Shown: positions 1 through 13,480, numbered from the stretch's first letter. The stretch: 50,015 nucleotides of DNA from Gammaproteobacteria bacterium (GCA_015488495.1 WFNS01000294.1:1-50015); one strand, 5' to 3'. The notes: generated by a model from the sequence alone, not told the origin. Numbers and translations are program-made.

Positions 1-1065
<1,065 letters not shown>

Positions 1066-1071
1066 CAGATT

Positions 1072-1389
1072 ATGGCTACTACCAACCAGAGAATTCGTAT
1101 CCGCCTCAAGGCGTTCGACCATCGTCTGATCGACCAGTCGGCGAGTGAGATCGTCGAGACCGCCAAACGTACCGGTGCGCAAGTACGCGGGCCGATTCCG
1201 CTGCCCACCAAGATCGAGCGGTTCACTGTGCTGATATCACCGCACGTGAACAAGGATGCCCGGGATCAGTATGAGCTGCGTACCCACAAGCGGCTGATGG
1301 ACATCATCGATCCCACTGACAAAACGGTGGATGCCTTGATGAAGCTCGATCTGGCAACCGGGGTAGACGTACAGATCAAGCTGAACTGA
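1072..1389 (+). CDS. rpsJ: 30S ribosomal protein S10
   Basis: 105 aa, [18 protein letters not shown]... typical S10. First gene of the S10 operon, directly after tuf. Confidence 0.97.
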   Translation: MATTNQRIRIRLKAFDHRLIDQSASEIVETAKRTGAQVRGPIPLPTKIERFTVLISPHVNKDARDQYELRTHKRLMDIIDPTDKTVDALMKLDLATGVDVQIKLN

Positions 1390-1455
1390 TTCACAGGCCG
1401 GATCGGTATTTCGCACAGGCGATGGACGCCGCGGATGTAACTAGAGGTTAACGAG

Positions 1456-2100
1456 ATGAGTATTGGGGTTGTTGGACGTAAAGCCGGAATGACGCGAATC
1501 TTCAGTGAAGATGGCGTGTCGACTCCCGTGACTGTGATAGAGGTCGAGCCCAACCGTATCACGCAGGTGAAGACCCCGGATCGTGATGGGTACCGCGCAA
1601 TCCAGGTCACCACAGGGAGCCGTCGGGCCAACCGGGTCAACAAGCCGGCTGCAGGTCATTTTGCCAAGGCCGGAGTGACCGCCGGCCGCGGCCTGTGGGA
1701 GTTCCGGCTCGCCGAGGGAGAGGGTGAAGAGCTTTCTCCTGGCGGGGAGATCAAGGTGGATATCTTTACTGACGGACAGAAGGTGGATGTGACCGGAACC
1801 TCCATTGGTAAGGGGTTCGCCGGAACCATCAAACGCCACAATTTTCGTGGCAAGGATGCGACCCACGGTAACTCCCTGTCCCACCGCACGCCCGGATCCA
1901 TTGGCCAGAACCAGAGTCCGGGAAAGGTGTTCAAGGGCAAGAAGATGGCGGGACACATGGGGAATCGCCGGACCACCGTCCAGAACCTGGAGATCGTTCG
2001 GGTGGATGTGGAGCGCAATCTGTTGCTGGTCAAGGGTGCCGTGCCCGGCTCCAAGGGAAGCGACCTCATCGTTCGGCCTGCCATCAAGGCGCGTTCTTAG
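1456..2100 (+). CDS. rplC: 50S ribosomal protein L3
   Basis: 214 aa, [16 protein letters not shown]... L3 signature; operon order. Confidence 0.96.
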   Translation: MSIGVVGRKAGMTRIFSEDGVSTPVTVIEVEPNRITQVKTPDRDGYRAIQVTTGSRRANRVNKPAAGHFAKAGVTAGRGLWEFRLAEGEGEELSPGGEIKVDIFTDGQKVDVTGTSIGKGFAGTIKRHNFRGKDATHGNSLSHRTPGSIGQNQSPGKVFKGKKMAGHMGNRRTTVQNLEIVRVDVERNLLLVKGAVPGSKGSDLIVRPAIKARS

Positions 2101-2109
2101 GAGATAGTG

Positions 2110-2724
2110 ATGGAATTGAAGCTTTCATCGGCAGGGGGGACTGCGGGTTCCATTGAGGTGGCGGATGCCGTCTTTGCCCGTGAGTTCAACGAAGCGCTGA
2201 TTCATCAAGTGGTAAATGCCTATCTGGCTGGAGCGCGAGCCGGAACCAAGGCGCAAAAGAACCGTTCGGCCGTGAGCGGTGGCGGGGCCAAGCCCTGGCG
2301 CCAGAAAGGCACCGGCCGTGCGCGCGCCGGTACCATTCGCAGTCCGCTCTGGCGGGGTGGTGGCAAGACCTTCGCGGCGGTACCGCGAGACTACTCCCAG
2401 AAGGTCAACAGGAAGGCCTATCGTGCCGCCATGCGCTCCATTCTGTCCGAGCTGGTGCGGCAGGATCGCCTGGTCGTGGTCGATCGGATCGCTGTGGATG
2501 CCCCCAAGACCAAGCAGCTGGTGGCGTTGTTGGGTGAGTACGGCGTCGACGACGTACTGATCGTTGCGGATGAGCTCGACGAGAATACCTATCTCGCATC
2601 CCGCAACCTGCACAAGGTGGGCCTGTGTGACGTGGAGTCCATGGATCCGGTGAGTCTGCTTGGTTACGAAAAGGTGCTCATGACCCAGGCGGCGGTGAAG
2701 AAGATAGAGGAGAGGCTGGCATGA
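2110..2724 (+). CDS. rplD: 50S ribosomal protein L4
   Basis: L4-like sequence ([25 protein letters not shown]). ATG at 2110 is preferred over the GTG at 2107 given in the ORF track. Confidence 0.95.
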   Translation: MELKLSSAGGTAGSIEVADAVFAREFNEALIHQVVNAYLAGARAGTKAQKNRSAVSGGGAKPWRQKGTGRARAGTIRSPLWRGGGKTFAAVPRDYSQKVNRKAYRAAMRSILSELVRQDRLVVVDRIAVDAPKTKQLVALLGEYGVDDVLIVADELDENTYLASRNLHKVGLCDVESMDPVSLLGYEKVLMTQAAVKKIEERLA

Positions 2725-3023
2725 ACCGGGAACGTCTGCTGAAAGTATTGCTGGCTCCCATCATCTCCGAGAAAGCCAGCATGGCAACCGAAAAGAGCAA
2801 TCAGGTGGTATTCAAGGTCGTGCCCGATGCCACCAAACCGGAGGTCAAGGCGGCGGTCGAGCAGCTGTTCGAGGTCGAGGTCCAATCGGTCAACATCTGC
2901 AACATCAAAGGCAAGAGCAAGCGTTTTGGCATGCGTATGGGGCGGCGTAACGGAGTCAAGAAGGCGTACGTGACCCTGAAACCCGGCCAGGACATCGGGC
3001 TCATGACCGAAGAGCTGAGCTAA
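2721..3023 (+). CDS. rplW: 50S ribosomal protein L23
   Basis: 100 aa, [14 protein letters not shown]... L23 family; ATGA overlap with rplD. Confidence 0.95.
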   Translation: MNRERLLKVLLAPIISEKASMATEKSNQVVFKVVPDATKPEVKAAVEQLFEVEVQSVNICNIKGKSKRFGMRMGRRNGVKKAYVTLKPGQDIGLMTEELS

Positions 3024-3036
3024 CAGGAATCGGATT

Positions 3037-3864
3037 ATGGCAGTAGTCAAGGCAAAACCGACATCGGCAGGTCGCCGCTTCGTGGTCAAGGTGGTGACTC
3101 CGGAGCTTCACAAGGGGAAACCTTATGCCCCTCTGCTGGAGAAGAAGAGCAAGACCGGAGGGCGCAACAACCTGGGTCGCATCACCTGCCGCCACCAGGG
3201 CGGGGGGCACAAGCAGAAATACCGGATCATCGACTTCAAGCGTAACAAGGACGGGATTCCGGGAAAGGTGGAACGTATCGAATACGATCCCAATCGCAGC
3301 GCCCATATCGCCCTGATCCGCTATGCCGACGGGGAGCGTCGCTATATCATTGCGCCCAAGGATCTGAAGGCCGGCAGCGAGATCATTTCCGGACAGGGTG
3401 CTCCCATCAAGCCGGGCAACACCCTGCAGTTGCAGGACATTCCCGTGGGAACCACGGTGCACTGCGTGGAAATGCGTCCTGGCAAGGGAGCCCAGCTGGC
3501 GCGCGCTGCCGGGGCCGCCGTTCAGTTGGTGGCCCGCGAAGGCCGCCACGCCACGCTGCGCCTGCGTTCGGGCGAGATGCGCAAGGTGCCCGCGGAGTGC
3601 CGTGCCACTATCGGTGAGGTGAGCAACTCGGAGCATGGTCTGCGCAAGCTGGGCAAGGCCGGCGCCAAGCGTTGGCGCGGGGTTCGTCCGACGGTTCGTG
3701 GTGTGGCCATGAATCCCGTGGATCACCCTCACGGTGGTGGCGAAGGCCGTACTTCCGGGGGGCGGCATCCGGTATCGCCATGGGGCACCCCCACCAAGGG
3801 ATATCGGACCCGCAGCAACAAGCGTACTGATTCGATGATTGTTCGTCGCCGTCACGGCAAATAG
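3037..3864 (+). CDS. rplB: 50S ribosomal protein L2
   Basis: 275 aa with the conserved ...[17 protein letters not shown]... motif. Confidence 0.97.
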   Translation: MAVVKAKPTSAGRRFVVKVVTPELHKGKPYAPLLEKKSKTGGRNNLGRITCRHQGGGHKQKYRIIDFKRNKDGIPGKVERIEYDPNRSAHIALIRYADGERRYIIAPKDLKAGSEIISGQGAPIKPGNTLQLQDIPVGTTVHCVEMRPGKGAQLARAAGAAVQLVAREGRHATLRLRSGEMRKVPAECRATIGEVSNSEHGLRKLGKAGAKRWRGVRPTVRGVAMNPVDHPHGGGEGRTSGGRHPVSPWGTPTKGYRTRSNKRTDSMIVRRRHGK

Positions 3865-3884
3865 ATGAAGAAGAGTAGGTAACC

Positions 3885-4157
3885 ATGCCGCGTTCAGTTA
3901 AGAAAGGGCCTTTTGTCGATTTGCATCTGGCCAAGAAGGTGGAAGAGGCTCGTGCCTCAAACAGCAAGAAGCCGATCAAGACCTGGTCGCGACGTTCCAT
4001 GATTTTGCCGGAGATGATTGGTCTGACCATCGCGATACACAACGGCAGGGCGCATGTCCCAGTGCTGATTTCGGAGAATATGGTGGGCCACAAGTTGGGT
4101 GAGTTTGCGCCGACACGCACCTACCGGGGCCACATGGCAGACAAGAAATCCAGATAG
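3885..4157 (+). CDS. rpsS: 30S ribosomal protein S19
   Basis: 90 aa, [12 protein letters not shown]...[13 protein letters not shown]. Confidence 0.97.
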   Translation: MPRSVKKGPFVDLHLAKKVEEARASNSKKPIKTWSRRSMILPEMIGLTIAIHNGRAHVPVLISENMVGHKLGEFAPTRTYRGHMADKKSR

Positions 4158-4168
4158 GGTGAGGTTCG

Positions 4169-4501
4169 ATGGAAGCAACAGCTAAGTTACGGTTTGCGCG
4201 GGTCTCACCGCAAAAGACCCGACTGGTGGCCGACATGATTCGCGGCAAGTCACTGGAGAGCGCCTTGCAGACCCTTTCGTTCAGCCCCAAGAAGGCGGCG
4301 GTGATCGTGAAGAAGGTGCTGGAGTCTGCGATTGCCAACGCGGAGCACAACGAAGGCGCGGATATCGACGAACTGAAGGTCTCCAGGATCTACGTTGACG
4401 AAGGTCCGACCTACAAGCGCATGCGGGCCCGGGCGAAGGGGCGAGGTAACCGCATTTTGAAACGCACCAGCCACATCACTGTGGTGGTGTCCGACAGATA
4501 G
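4169..4501 (+). CDS. rplV: 50S ribosomal protein L22
   Basis: 110 aa, L22-like ([17 protein letters not shown]); operon order. Confidence 0.96.
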   Translation: MEATAKLRFARVSPQKTRLVADMIRGKSLESALQTLSFSPKKAAVIVKKVLESAIANAEHNEGADIDELKVSRIYVDEGPTYKRMRARAKGRGNRILKRTSHITVVVSDR

Positions 4502-4514
4502 AAGAGAGTCAGGA

Positions 4515-5195
4515 ATGGGTCAGAAAGTACATCCAACCGGAATCCGTCTGGGAATCGTCAAGGACTGGACCTCCAAATGGTACGCGGACTCCCGGAGCTA
4601 TCCGGAAGTGCTCAACAATGATCTGCAGGTGCGGGATTTTCTGCGCAAGAGGCTTGCCAAGGCGTCGGTCAGCCGTATCCAGATCGAGCGTCCGGCGCGC
4701 AACGTGAGGATTACCATCCACACGGCTCGTCCCGGTATCGTCATCGGCAAGAAAGGTGAGGATATCGAAAAGCTTCGTGCCGAAGTGGCCAAGATGGTCG
4801 GGATCCCGGTACATATCAACATCGAGGAGATTCGTAAACCGGAACTGGATGCCACCCTGGTTGCCCAGGGAATCGCCCAGCAGTTGGAGAAGCGAATCAT
4901 GTTCCGCCGTGCCATGAAGCGGGCGGTGGGCAACTCCATGCGTCTGGGTGCCCAGGGAGTCAGAATCAACGTGGCCGGCCGGTTGAATGGTGCCGAAATC
5001 GCGCGCAGTGAATGGTATCGGGAGGGGCGTGTACCGCTCCATACCTTGCGGGCAGATATCGACTACGGGGTGGCTACTGCCTACACCACCTATGGGGTTA
5101 TCGGTATAAAGGTCTGGATCTTCAAGGGAGAGGTGCTCGATACCTCCGAGCTGGCAGCTACCTCCCCAGAGAGAAAGACGGCTACTGCCAAATAG
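4515..5195 (+). CDS. rpsC: 30S ribosomal protein S3
   Basis: 226 aa, [18 protein letters not shown]... KH domain signature. Confidence 0.97.
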   Translation: MGQKVHPTGIRLGIVKDWTSKWYADSRSYPEVLNNDLQVRDFLRKRLAKASVSRIQIERPARNVRITIHTARPGIVIGKKGEDIEKLRAEVAKMVGIPVHINIEEIRKPELDATLVAQGIAQQLEKRIMFRRAMKRAVGNSMRLGAQGVRINVAGRLNGAEIARSEWYREGRVPLHTLRADIDYGVATAYTTYGVIGIKVWIFKGEVLDTSELAATSPERKTATAK

Positions 5196-5207
5196 AGGTA
5201 AGCGACG

Positions 5208-5621
<414 letters not shown>

Positions 5622-5813
5622 ATGAAAGCTAGCGAACTGAGAGAAAAGAGCGTTTCCGAGCTGAAAGACGAAGTACTGAATCTTCTGCAGGAACAGTTCA
5701 ACCTGCGTATGCAGCGTGCGGCCGGACAGATGTCCAAGCCGCACCGGATGAAGCAGATTCGGCGCGACATAGCCCGCATCAAGACCATCATCAGGGAGGG
5801 TGAGGTGAAATGA
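5622..5813 (+). CDS. rpmC: 50S ribosomal protein L29
   Basis: 63 aa, [22 protein letters not shown]...; abuts the rplP stop. Confidence 0.95.
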   Translation: MKASELREKSVSELKDEVLNLLQEQFNLRMQRAAGQMSKPHRMKQIRRDIARIKTIIREGEVK

Positions 5814-6073
5814 GCAAACAGGACAAACTCACCCGCACCGTTACCGGCCGGGTGGTCAGTAACAAGATGGACAAGACTATCACCGTATTGGTCGAGCGTA
5901 AGGTAGCGCACCCCCTTTACGGAAAATATATCAAGCGTTCCACCAAGCTGCATGCTCACGACGAGCAGAACGTGTGCAAGGAGGGGGACGTTGTCAGAAT
6001 CGAGGAGTGCCGGCCGTTGTCCAAGTCCAAATGCTGGCGACTGGTAGAGGTGGTCAGTAGTTCGGCCGGTTAG
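5810..6073 (+). CDS. rpsQ: 30S ribosomal protein S17
   Basis: 87 aa, ...[18 protein letters not shown]...; ATGA overlap with rpmC. Confidence 0.96.
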   Translation: MSKQDKLTRTVTGRVVSNKMDKTITVLVERKVAHPLYGKYIKRSTKLHAHDEQNVCKEGDVVRIEECRPLSKSKCWRLVEVVSSSAG

Positions 6074-6126
6074 GGGCCGGTTTTCCCTGCTGACCACTTG
6101 GTTGGCGGTGGTCGAACAGGTGTCGA

Positions 6127-6180
6127 GGGGCGGTGGAATCGTGTCAGGCGAATGGCCTGCGGATGACGGCCGCCCCTTTT
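6127..6180 (+). terminator. Candidate intrinsic terminator or attenuator at the end of the S10 operon
   Basis: GGGGCGG (6127-6133) pairs with CCGCCCC (6170-6176) and is followed by TTTT (6177-6180). An inner hairpin CAGGC/GCCTG sits at 6145-6159. Confidence 0.5.
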
Positions 6181-6268
6181 CGTAGCGCTTCCGTTACGTC
6201 TTCCCTTCCTCCCGTTTAGTGCCGGTATTTGGCCATTCCTCGGTGGCCAGGGTCTAGTGGAAAAAGGG

Positions 6269-6297
6269 TTGGGGTCGAACAATTTTTGTGCTAACAT
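6269..6297 (+). promoter_or_regulatory. Candidate sigma70 promoter of the spc operon
   Basis: TTGGGG (6269-6274), 17-nt spacer ending in TGC, then TAACAT (6292-6297), about 80 nt upstream of the rplN ATG. Read by eye only. Confidence 0.35.
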
Positions 6298-6377
6298 GCT
6301 CCGTCTTTTCGCGGGGTGTTTGGCCCATTGGAATGAAGCGGTTTTCTTGGAAGGTTTAAAGGGTTCGGAGAACGGCC

Positions 6378-6746
6378 ATGATACAGATGCAGACAAACCT
6401 CGAGGTGGCTGACAACAGCGGAGCGCGGCGCGTTCAGTGTATCAAGGTACTTGGTGGCTCCAAGCGCCGTTATGCTGGTGTCGGTGACATCATCAAGGTA
6501 AGTGTCAAAGAGGCCATTCCTCGCAGCAAGGTAAAGAAAGGCGAGGTTTACAGGGCGGTCGTCGTACGTACAAAAAAAGGTGTAAGGCGGGCGGACGGCT
6601 CTGTTATCCGGTTCGACGGAAATGCGGCGGTGCTGTTGAACAACCAGAACCAGCCCATTGGTACCCGCATCTTCGGCCCCGTGACCCGGGAGCTGCGCAG
6701 CGAGAACTTCATGAAGATCGTTTCTCTGGCGCCTGAAGTGCTTTAA
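6378..6746 (+). CDS. rplN: 50S ribosomal protein L14
   Basis: 122 aa, [28 protein letters not shown]... Confidence 0.97.
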   Translation: MIQMQTNLEVADNSGARRVQCIKVLGGSKRRYAGVGDIIKVSVKEAIPRSKVKKGEVYRAVVVRTKKGVRRADGSVIRFDGNAAVLLNNQNQPIGTRIFGPVTRELRSENFMKIVSLAPEVL

Positions 6747-6761
6747 GGGGTGTACGCAGTC

Positions 6762-7079
6762 ATGAGAAAGATTCGTAAGGGCGACGAGGTCATTGTGATC
6801 GCCGGCAAGGACAAGGGCAAGAGAGGGCTGGTGTTGCGTCTCGTCGGTGAAGACAGGCTCTACGTGGAAAATGTCAACGTAGCCAAAAAACATCAGAAAC
6901 CCAATCCCAACACGGGCACGCCCGGCGGTATCATCGACAAGGAGATGCCCCTGCACATTTCCAACGTGGCGATATTCAACCCGGCGACGGGCAAGGGGGA
7001 TCGGGTTGGGTTCAAGATCCTCGAGGACGGCAGGAAGATTCGTGTTTTCAAGTCCAACGGCGAGGCCGTGGATTCCTAG
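6762..7079 (+). CDS. rplX: 50S ribosomal protein L24
   Basis: [22 protein letters not shown]... KOW motif. The internal ATG at 6762 is preferred over the ORF-track start at 6750. Confidence 0.94.
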   Translation: MRKIRKGDEVIVIAGKDKGKRGLVLRLVGEDRLYVENVNVAKKHQKPNPNTGTPGGIIDKEMPLHISNVAIFNPATGKGDRVGFKILEDGRKIRVFKSNGEAVDS

Positions 7080-7091
7080 CATGGTGACGTT

Positions 7092-7631
7092 ATGGCAAGA
7101 CTGAAGCAGTTTTATCGCGACGTTGTGGTCGAGCAGCTGCGCGAGCAATTCCAATACAAAAGCCCCATGCAGGTGCCGCGTATCACCAAGATTACCCTCA
7201 ACATGGGTTTGGGAGAGGCGGTTGCCGACAAGAAGGTGATAGAGCATGCGGTCTCGGATATGGCGCTGATTTCCGGGCAGAAGCCGGTGGTGACGCGAGC
7301 CAGAAAATCCATTGCCGGTTTCAAGATCCGGGACGGATGGCCCATCGGCTGCAAGGTGACTTTGCGCCGGGAGCGAATGTATGAATTTCTTGATCGGCTG
7401 ATCAGTATTGCCATTCCCCGTATTCGGGATTTTCGGGGGCTGAATCCCCGTTCCTTTGACGGTCGGGGCAACTACAGCATGGGTATCCGGGAGCAGATCG
7501 TGTTTCCGGAAATCGATTACGACAAGATCGATGCGCTGCGGGGTATGGACATCACCATCACTACTACGGCAAGGACCGATGAAGAGGCGAGGGCCTTGTT
7601 GAAGGCATTCAATTTTCCTCTGAAGGGGTAG
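7092..7631 (+). CDS. rplE: 50S ribosomal protein L5
   Basis: 179 aa, [13 protein letters not shown]...[13 protein letters not shown]... Confidence 0.97.
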   Translation: MARLKQFYRDVVVEQLREQFQYKSPMQVPRITKITLNMGLGEAVADKKVIEHAVSDMALISGQKPVVTRARKSIAGFKIRDGWPIGCKVTLRRERMYEFLDRLISIAIPRIRDFRGLNPRSFDGRGNYSMGIREQIVFPEIDYDKIDALRGMDITITTTARTDEEARALLKAFNFPLKG

Positions 7632-7642
7632 AGGACGCAATT

Positions 7643-7948
7643 ATGGCAAAAGTCAGCATGATCAACCGGGAAAAGAAGCGGGCGGCGACGGTACGGAAGT
7701 ACGCCGCCAAGCGGGCAGCTCTCAAGGCAAAGATCAAGGACCCGAATCTGAGCCTGGAAGAGCGCATGGAGGCCCAGCGGCAACTGCAGAAGCTGCCTCG
7801 CGATGCTAGTCCGGTGCGTCAGCGGAATCGCTGCCGGCTGACCGGTCGTCCCCATGGTTACTACCGTAAGTTTGGCCTGGGTCGAAACAAGCTGCGTGAG
7901 TCGGTGATGCGCGGCGACGTGCCGGGTGTTCGCAAGGCCAGCTGGTAG
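7643..7948 (+). CDS. rpsN: 30S ribosomal protein S14 (long form)
   Basis: 101 aa, [13 protein letters not shown]..., C-terminal ...[12 protein letters not shown]. Confidence 0.96.
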   Translation: MAKVSMINREKKRAATVRKYAAKRAALKAKIKDPNLSLEERMEAQRQLQKLPRDASPVRQRNRCRLTGRPHGYYRKFGLGRNKLRESVMRGDVPGVRKASW

Positions 7949-7979
7949 GTATTCTTTATATTCAGGAGCAATTGCGGTT

Positions 7980-8375
7980 ATGGGCATGACTGATCCGATA
8001 GCAGACATGTTGACCCGGATCCGGAACGGGCTGAGGGCATCCAAGAAGGAGGTGGTGTTGCCATCCTCCAAGCTCAAGGTTGCCATCTGTTCCGTTCTCA
8101 AGGACGAAGGTTACATTGAAGATTATTCTGTTCAGGATATCGATGGAAAGCCGGTATTGACCATTCGTCTCAAGTATCACCAGGGCAAGCCGGTGATCGA
8201 GATGCTGAAGCGGGTGAGCCGACCGGGGCTGCGCCAATACAAGGGCAAGGAGGATCTGCCCAAGGTGAGTGGCGGGCTGGGTGTGGCAATCGTCTCCACA
8301 TCGGCCGGCGTGATGACCGATCGGGCTGCCCGCGAGGCAGGTCATGGCGGCGAAGTGCTCTGTTTCGTGTTCTAA
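7980..8375 (+). CDS. rpsH: 30S ribosomal protein S8
   Basis: [17 protein letters not shown]... The start at ATG 7980 has a CAGGAG RBS; the ORF-track start at 7926 overlaps rpsN and is unlikely. Confidence 0.95.
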   Translation: MGMTDPIADMLTRIRNGLRASKKEVVLPSSKLKVAICSVLKDEGYIEDYSVQDIDGKPVLTIRLKYHQGKPVIEMLKRVSRPGLRQYKGKEDLPKVSGGLGVAIVSTSAGVMTDRAAREAGHGGEVLCFVF

Positions 8376-8384
8376 GGGGGCGTT

Positions 8385-8918
8385 ATGGCAAAGGCATGGA
8401 AAAATCCGGTTGCTATTCCCTCCGGGATAGAGGTTGGCCTGGCGGATGGCAAGATAACGGTCAAAGGTGCCAAGGGGGCCTTGCAGCAGACTCTTCATCC
8501 TTCCGTCGACGTTTCGCAGGAGGAGGGTGCGCTGCTCTTCTCTCCTCGTGACGATGACCGCAAGTCGAAGGCGATGACCGGCACCATGCGGGCTCTGGTT
8601 CGCAATATGCTGGTTGGGGTAACCAACGGATTCGAGAAAAAGCTGCAGCTCGTTGGCGTTGGTTATCGCGCCCAGGCGCAAGGTCAGGCGCTCAACCTCA
8701 ATCTTGGCTTTTCCCATCCCATCGACTACAAGGTCCCGGAGGGAATCTCGATAGAGACCCCCAGCCAGACCGAGGTGGTGGTTAAGGGGATCGACAAGCA
8801 GAAAGTTGGGCAGGTGGCAGCCGAGATTCGCGCATTTCGTCCGCCGGAACCCTACAAGGGGAAAGGCGTCCGCTATGCAGACGAGCATGTGGTTCGCAAA
8901 GAGGCCAAGAAGAAATAG
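8385..8918 (+). CDS. rplF: 50S ribosomal protein L6
   Basis: 177 aa, L6-like (...[22 protein letters not shown]...). Confidence 0.96.
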   Translation: MAKAWKNPVAIPSGIEVGLADGKITVKGAKGALQQTLHPSVDVSQEEGALLFSPRDDDRKSKAMTGTMRALVRNMLVGVTNGFEKKLQLVGVGYRAQAQGQALNLNLGFSHPIDYKVPEGISIETPSQTEVVVKGIDKQKVGQVAAEIRAFRPPEPYKGKGVRYADEHVVRKEAKKK

Positions 8919-8933
8919 CAGCAGGCAGATACG

Positions 8934-9287
8934 ATGGAAAAGAGACAATCCCGCATACGTCGCGCCCGCAAGTCTCGGGCCCGGATCAGACAGCAGGGTG
9001 TGCATCGCCTTTCGGTGCATCGTACGCCGCGTCACATCTATGCCCAGGTTATCGATCCTACCGGTTCCAGGGTGGTGGCCGCTGCTTCCACCGTGCAGGC
9101 GGAGCTCAGAGGCGGTCTGAAATCTACCGGGAACATCGAAGCGGCGGTAGCGGTTGGTCGGTCGATTGCCGAAAAGACCAAAGCGGCCGGAATCAGTAAA
9201 GTCGCGTTCGACCGGTCCGGGTTTCAGTACCACGGGCGGGTGAAAGCGCTGGCGGATGCGGCCCGCGAGAACGGGCTTGAGTTCTAG
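8934..9287 (+). CDS. rplR: 50S ribosomal protein L18
   Basis: 117 aa, ...[17 protein letters not shown]...; operon order. Confidence 0.96.
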   Translation: MEKRQSRIRRARKSRARIRQQGVHRLSVHRTPRHIYAQVIDPTGSRVVAAASTVQAELRGGLKSTGNIEAAVAVGRSIAEKTKAAGISKVAFDRSGFQYHGRVKALADAARENGLEF

Positions 9288-9297
9288 GAGTTGAGTT

Positions 9298-9804
9298 ATG
9301 GCGGGTTTTGAGAGTGCAGAGGCGGCCGACGGCCTTCAGGAGAGGTTGATCAGTGTCAATCGCGTGGCCAAGGTAGTCAAGGGCGGGCGGATATTCAGCT
9401 TCACCGCGTTGACCGTGGTTGGGGATGGCGAAGGCAAGGTTGGCTTCGGGTACGGCAAGGCCCGCGAAGTGCCGGCCGCAATAGCCAAGGCGATGGAGTC
9501 GGCTCGCAAAAACATGCAGACCATCCCGTTGGTCGACGGGACGTTGCAGTACCCCATTACCGCGACTCATGGGGCGGCAAAGGTGTTCATGCAGCCGGCG
9601 TCGGAAGGTACCGGCGTCATCGCCGGAGGCGCCATGCGCGCCGTGTTCGATGTGGTTGGTGTGCGCAACGTGCTGGCCAAGTGCATCGGCAGCAACAACC
9701 CCATCAATGTGGTTCGTGCCACGATGAAAGGGCTGGCTGCCATGCAGTCTCCGGAGGAGATTGCTGCCAAACGGGGTAAAACGGTAAAGGAAATCCTGGG
9801 ATAA
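9298..9804 (+). CDS. rpsE: 30S ribosomal protein S5
   Basis: 168 aa, ...[28 protein letters not shown]... Confidence 0.97.
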   Translation: MAGFESAEAADGLQERLISVNRVAKVVKGGRIFSFTALTVVGDGEGKVGFGYGKAREVPAAIAKAMESARKNMQTIPLVDGTLQYPITATHGAAKVFMQPASEGTGVIAGGAMRAVFDVVGVRNVLAKCIGSNNPINVVRATMKGLAAMQSPEEIAAKRGKTVKEILG

Positions 9805-9807
9805 GTC

Positions 9808-9996
9808 ATGGCGGGCAAGAACAAGATCAAGGTAACCCTGGTGCGTAGTCCGATTCATCGGATCGCATCCCACAAGGCCTGCGTCAGCGGACTGGGGCTG
9901 CGGCGCATGCACCACACCGTTGAGGTAGAGGACAGTGCGGCAGTAAGGGGAATGATCAACAAGATCTCCTATCTGCTGAAGGTCGAGGAGAGTTGA
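9808..9996 (+). CDS. rpmD: 50S ribosomal protein L30
   Basis: 62 aa, ...[27 protein letters not shown]... Confidence 0.95.
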   Translation: MAGKNKIKVTLVRSPIHRIASHKACVSGLGLRRMHHTVEVEDSAAVRGMINKISYLLKVEES

Positions 9997-9997
9997 G

Positions 9998-10432
9998 ATG
10001 CGTTTGAATAGCCTCAAACCCGCTTCTGGATCCCGGCCATCCCGTAAAAGGGTGGGGCGAGGAATCGGATCGACGCTGGGAAAGACCTGTGGCCGTGGTC
10101 ACAAAGGGTTGAAGTCCCGCGCTGGCGGGCGAGTGAAGCCCGGTTTTGAAGGTGGACAGATGCCGCTGCAGCGACGGTTGCCCAAGGTGGGCTTCCGTTC
10201 CCGCAAGTCGCTGGTCACCGCTGAAGTCAGGCTTGACGAACTGGCCAAGGTGGAAGGGGAGGTCGTCGATCTCTCTACGCTGAAGGGGGCTGGAGTTCTG
10301 GGACAGAAGATAAGGTTTGCCAAGATCATTCTGTCCGGCAAGATTGATCGGCCGGTCACCGTTCGGGGGCTGGGTGTGACCAAGGGTGCACGTGCTGCCA
10401 TCGAGGCAGCCGGCGGCAAGGTGGAAGTGTAG
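9998..10432 (+). CDS. rplO: 50S ribosomal protein L15
   Basis: 144 aa, [13 protein letters not shown]...[13 protein letters not shown]... Confidence 0.96.
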   Translation: MRLNSLKPASGSRPSRKRVGRGIGSTLGKTCGRGHKGLKSRAGGRVKPGFEGGQMPLQRRLPKVGFRSRKSLVTAEVRLDELAKVEGEVVDLSTLKGAGVLGQKIRFAKIILSGKIDRPVTVRGLGVTKGARAAIEAAGGKVEV

Positions 10433-10457
10433 CAGGGAACGGGAAGAGGCAGCCGAG

Positions 10458-11816
10458 GTGTCCAGACCCACCGCAGCGATGGCAGGAGCCCTGAGTGGGG
10501 GCAAACTGGTCGAGCTGAAGCAGCGCCTGCTGTTCGTGCTGGGGGCGTTGATCGTCTACCGCATCGGCGCTCACATCCCTGTGCCCGGCATCGATCCCGT
10601 CGCATTGGCAGCGATGTTCGAGCAGCAGCGGGGCACCATCCTGGACATGTTCAACATGTTCTCCGGTGGTGCGTTGCAGCGGTTGTCCGTTTTTGCGTTG
10701 GGTATCATGCCCTACATCTCGGCATCCATCATCATCCAGCTGCTTACCAAGGTTTCTCCCAAACTGGAGCAGCTGAGCAAGGAAGGCGCGGCGGGAAAGC
10801 GCAAGATCAGTCAGTACACCCGTTACTTCACCCTGGTGCTGGCCAGCTTTCAGTCGCTGGGCGTGGCCATCGCCCTCGAGGCACAGAGTGCCGGGGGAAT
10901 CCCCGTGGTGATCGAGCCGGGTTTGGCGTTTCGCTTGATCGCGGCTTTGACCTTGGTGACCGGGACCATGTTCCTCATGTGGCTGGGGGAACAGATCACC
11001 GAACGGGGCATCGGTAACGGGATCTCCCTGATCATCTTTGCCGGTATCATTTCCGGCCTGCCATCAGCCATTGGCGGTACTCTCGAACTGGGACGCACGG
11101 GCGAGCTGAGCGCATTTTTCATCGTACTGTTGTTCGCTTTGGCTTTGGGGGTTACCGCTTTTGTCGTGTTCGTGGAGCGGGGCCAGCGCCGTATCACGGT
11201 GAACTATGCCAAGCGCCAGCAGGGGCGGCGGGTCTTGGCAGCGCAGAGCACCCATTTGCCGCTGAAAGTGAACATGGCAGGGGTTATTCCTCCCATCTTC
11301 GCTTCCAGTATCATCTTGTTCCCGGCCACGCTGGGTGGGTGGTTCGGAAGCGCCGAAGGCATGCGCTGGTTACAGGATCTGTCCACCACGCTATCGCCGG
11401 GGCAGCCACTCTACGTCTTGCTTTATGCGCTGGCCATACTGTTTTTCACCTTCTTCTATACGGCATTGATGTTCAATCCGAAGGAGACGGCAGACAATCT
11501 CAAGCGCTCGGGAGCCTTTGTTCCCGGTATCCGGCCTGGCGAGCAGACCGCCAGATATATAGACAAGGTACTTTCCCGGCTGACACTGGCTGGGGCCATC
11601 TATTTGACGGCTGTCTGCCTGTTGCCCGAGTTTCTTATCGTTTACTGGAATGTGCCGTTCTACTTCGGCGGGACATCGCTGTTGATTATCGTGGTCGTGG
11701 TGATGGATTTCATGGCCCAGGTTCAGGCTCACCTGATGTCCCATCAGTATGAGGGTCTGATGAAGAAAACCAGCCTCAGGCCCCAAGGGCGGCGGGGCGG
11801 ATCGGGTAGGAAATGA
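10458..11816 (+). CDS. secY: Preprotein translocase subunit SecY
   Basis: Multi-TM protein with [28 protein letters not shown]... The GTG at 10458 gives an N-terminal length like E. coli SecY; ATG at 10479 is the alternative. The ORF-track start at 10386 overlaps rplO. Confidence 0.93.
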   Translation: MSRPTAAMAGALSGGKLVELKQRLLFVLGALIVYRIGAHIPVPGIDPVALAAMFEQQRGTILDMFNMFSGGALQRLSVFALGIMPYISASIIIQLLTKVSPKLEQLSKEGAAGKRKISQYTRYFTLVLASFQSLGVAIALEAQSAGGIPVVIEPGLAFRLIAALTLVTGTMFLMWLGEQITERGIGNGISLIIFAGIISGLPSAIGGTLELGRTGELSAFFIVLLFALALGVTAFVVFVERGQRRITVNYAKRQQGRRVLAAQSTHLPLKVNMAGVIPPIFASSIILFPATLGGWFGSAEGMRWLQDLSTTLSPGQPLYVLLYALAILFFTFFYTALMFNPKETADNLKRSGAFVPGIRPGEQTARYIDKVLSRLTLAGAIYLTAVCLLPEFLIVYWNVPFYFGGTSLLIIVVVVMDFMAQVQAHLMSHQYEGLMKKTSLRPQGRRGGSGRK

Positions 11817-11829
11817 TTGGAGATTTGCG

Positions 11830-11943
11830 ATGAAAGTGCGCGCTTCCGTTAAAAAGATTTGCCGTAATTGCAAGATCGTTCGTCGAAAGGGCGTGGTCAG
11901 GGTCATATGCACCGACGGGCGGCACAAACAGCGCCAAGGGTAG
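11830..11943 (+). CDS. rpmJ: 50S ribosomal protein L36 (zinc-ribbon type)
   Basis: Hand translation gives [37 protein letters not shown] (37 aa). It is too short for the ORF track. Canonical position after secY. Confidence 0.93.
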   Translation: MKVRASVKKICRNCKIVRRKGVVRVICTDGRHKQRQG

Positions 11944-12059
11944 GTGATGGGAGTTGCGTCACACCTGCTGCCTTGCTTGCCATATGACCTGTTTGTGGGT
12001 ATGATTGACTGTTTTCGCGGCACATTCCGCGAACTGGAGAAGTGTAGGAGTTAGCCTGT

Positions 12060-12416
12060 ATGGCCCGTATTGCTGGTGTTAACATCCCCGTGCAAAAACA
12101 CGTGGTAATCGCGTTGACCTCGATCTATGGTATCGGGCGCACCCGTGCAAAACAGATTTGCGAAGAGGCGGGGGTGAAGGCCGATAGCAAGGTGAAGGAG
12201 CTTACCGAGGAGCAGCTTGACGCGCTTCGCAACGCCGTAAGCAAGTTTACCGTGGAAGGTGATCTGCGCCGTGAGGTTTCGATGAACATCAAGCGGCTGA
12301 TGGATCTCGGTGTCTACCGGGGGTTGCGTCACCGCAGGGGATTGCCCGTACGTGGTCAGCGTACCCGTACAAACGCGCGCACCCGAAAGGGGCCTCGCAA
12401 GCCGATCCGTAAATAG
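12060..12416 (+). CDS. rpsM: 30S ribosomal protein S13
   Basis: 118 aa, [26 protein letters not shown]... Confidence 0.97.
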   Translation: MARIAGVNIPVQKHVVIALTSIYGIGRTRAKQICEEAGVKADSKVKELTEEQLDALRNAVSKFTVEGDLRREVSMNIKRLMDLGVYRGLRHRRGLPVRGQRTRTNARTRKGPRKPIRK

Positions 12417-12436
12417 GAATTTAGCTGGGTAAGAGA

Positions 12437-12838
12437 ATGGCAAAAGCAAAAGCAAAATCCGGTTCGCGTTCACGCAAGCGTATCCAGAAGAACGTCGTGG
12501 ATGGCGTGGCACATATTCATGCTTCCTTCAACAACACCATCGTGACCATCACGGATCGTCAGGGCAACACGTTGTGTTGGGCGACAGCCGGTGGATCCGG
12601 CTTTCGGGGGTCTCGTAAGAGTACGCCGTTTGCAGCTCAGGTGGCTGCGGAGAAGGCCGGTGCGCAGGCCCAGGAATTTGGTATGAAAAATATCGACGTG
12701 CTGGTGAAGGGACCCGGCCCGGGTCGCGAGTCCGCAGTGAGGGCGTTGAACAATGTGGGACTCAAGGTGACCAATATCGAGGATGTCACACCTATCCCGC
12801 ACAATGGTTGTCGTCCGCCCAAGCGGCGCCGCGTCTAA
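12437..12838 (+). CDS. rpsK: 30S ribosomal protein S11
   Basis: 133 aa, ...[22 protein letters not shown]... Confidence 0.97.
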   Translation: MAKAKAKSGSRSRKRIQKNVVDGVAHIHASFNNTIVTITDRQGNTLCWATAGGSGFRGSRKSTPFAAQVAAEKAGAQAQEFGMKNIDVLVKGPGPGRESAVRALNNVGLKVTNIEDVTPIPHNGCRPPKRRRV

Positions 12839-12853
12839 TCCTGGAGGACCGTC

Positions 12854-13480
12854 ATGGCTAGGTATATCGGACCCAAGTGTCGCCAATGTCGCCGGGAAGG
12901 CGGAAAGCTTTTCCTGAAAGGGGAGAAATGTTTCTCCGGCAAGTGTCCCATCGAGGAGCGGGGATTCCCGCCAGGGCAGCACGGGCAGCGTCGTACCAGG
13001 CTGAGCGATTACGCGTTGCAGCTGCGAGAGAAACAGAAAATCCGCCGCATCTACGGGGTTCTCGAGAAGCAGTTCCGTATCTACTATAAAAAGGCGGACC
13101 GCCTGAAGGGGTCTACCGGCGACAATCTGTTACAGTTGCTGGAATCGCGGCTGGACAACGTTGTCTATCGCATGGGTTTTGCCGCGTCCCGCTCCGAGGC
13201 GCGGCAGTTGGTGCGTCACAACGGCATCACCCTCAACGGGCGCAAGATGAACATCCCATCCCACCAGGTGAAGCCAGGGGATGTGATTGCGGTCGCTGAA
13301 AAGGCCAAGAACCAGTTGCGCGTCCAGGCTGCGCTCGAGATGCAGGAGCAGCGAGGTTTTGATGAGTGGCTGGAGGTGGATGTCAAACGTAAGGAAGGGG
13401 TATTCAAGGCGCTACCGGAGCGCAGTGAATTGCCTTCGGATCTCAAGGAACATCTGGTCGTCGAGCTGTACTCGAAGTAA
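12854..13480 (+). CDS. rpsD: 30S ribosomal protein S4
   Basis: 208 aa, [16 protein letters not shown]... plus an S4 RNA-binding domain. Confidence 0.97.
   Translation: MARYIGPKCRQCRREGGKLFLKGEKCFSGKCPIEERGFPPGQHGQRRTRLSDYALQLREKQKIRRIYGVLEKQFRIYYKKADRLKGSTGDNLLQLLESRLDNVVYRMGFAASRSEARQLVRHNGITLNGRKMNIPSHQVKPGDVIAVAEKAKNQLRVQAALEMQEQRGFDEWLEVDVKRKEGVFKALPERSELPSDLKEHLVVELYSK

Noticed and set aside
10386-10457. ORF-track start for secY at 10386, overlapping the end of rplO. Similar N-terminal extensions occur for rpsH (7926), rpoA (13508), trxA (19088), purD (30227), fis (32408), the PCMT-like gene (36990), aspS (43027), FmdB (42729), pycB (48281) and cytochrome 2 (28479).
   Set aside because: The extensions overlap upstream genes or intergenic regulatory sequence. 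They lack family-conserved residues, and internal starts with RBS-like sequences reproduce the canonical N-termini.
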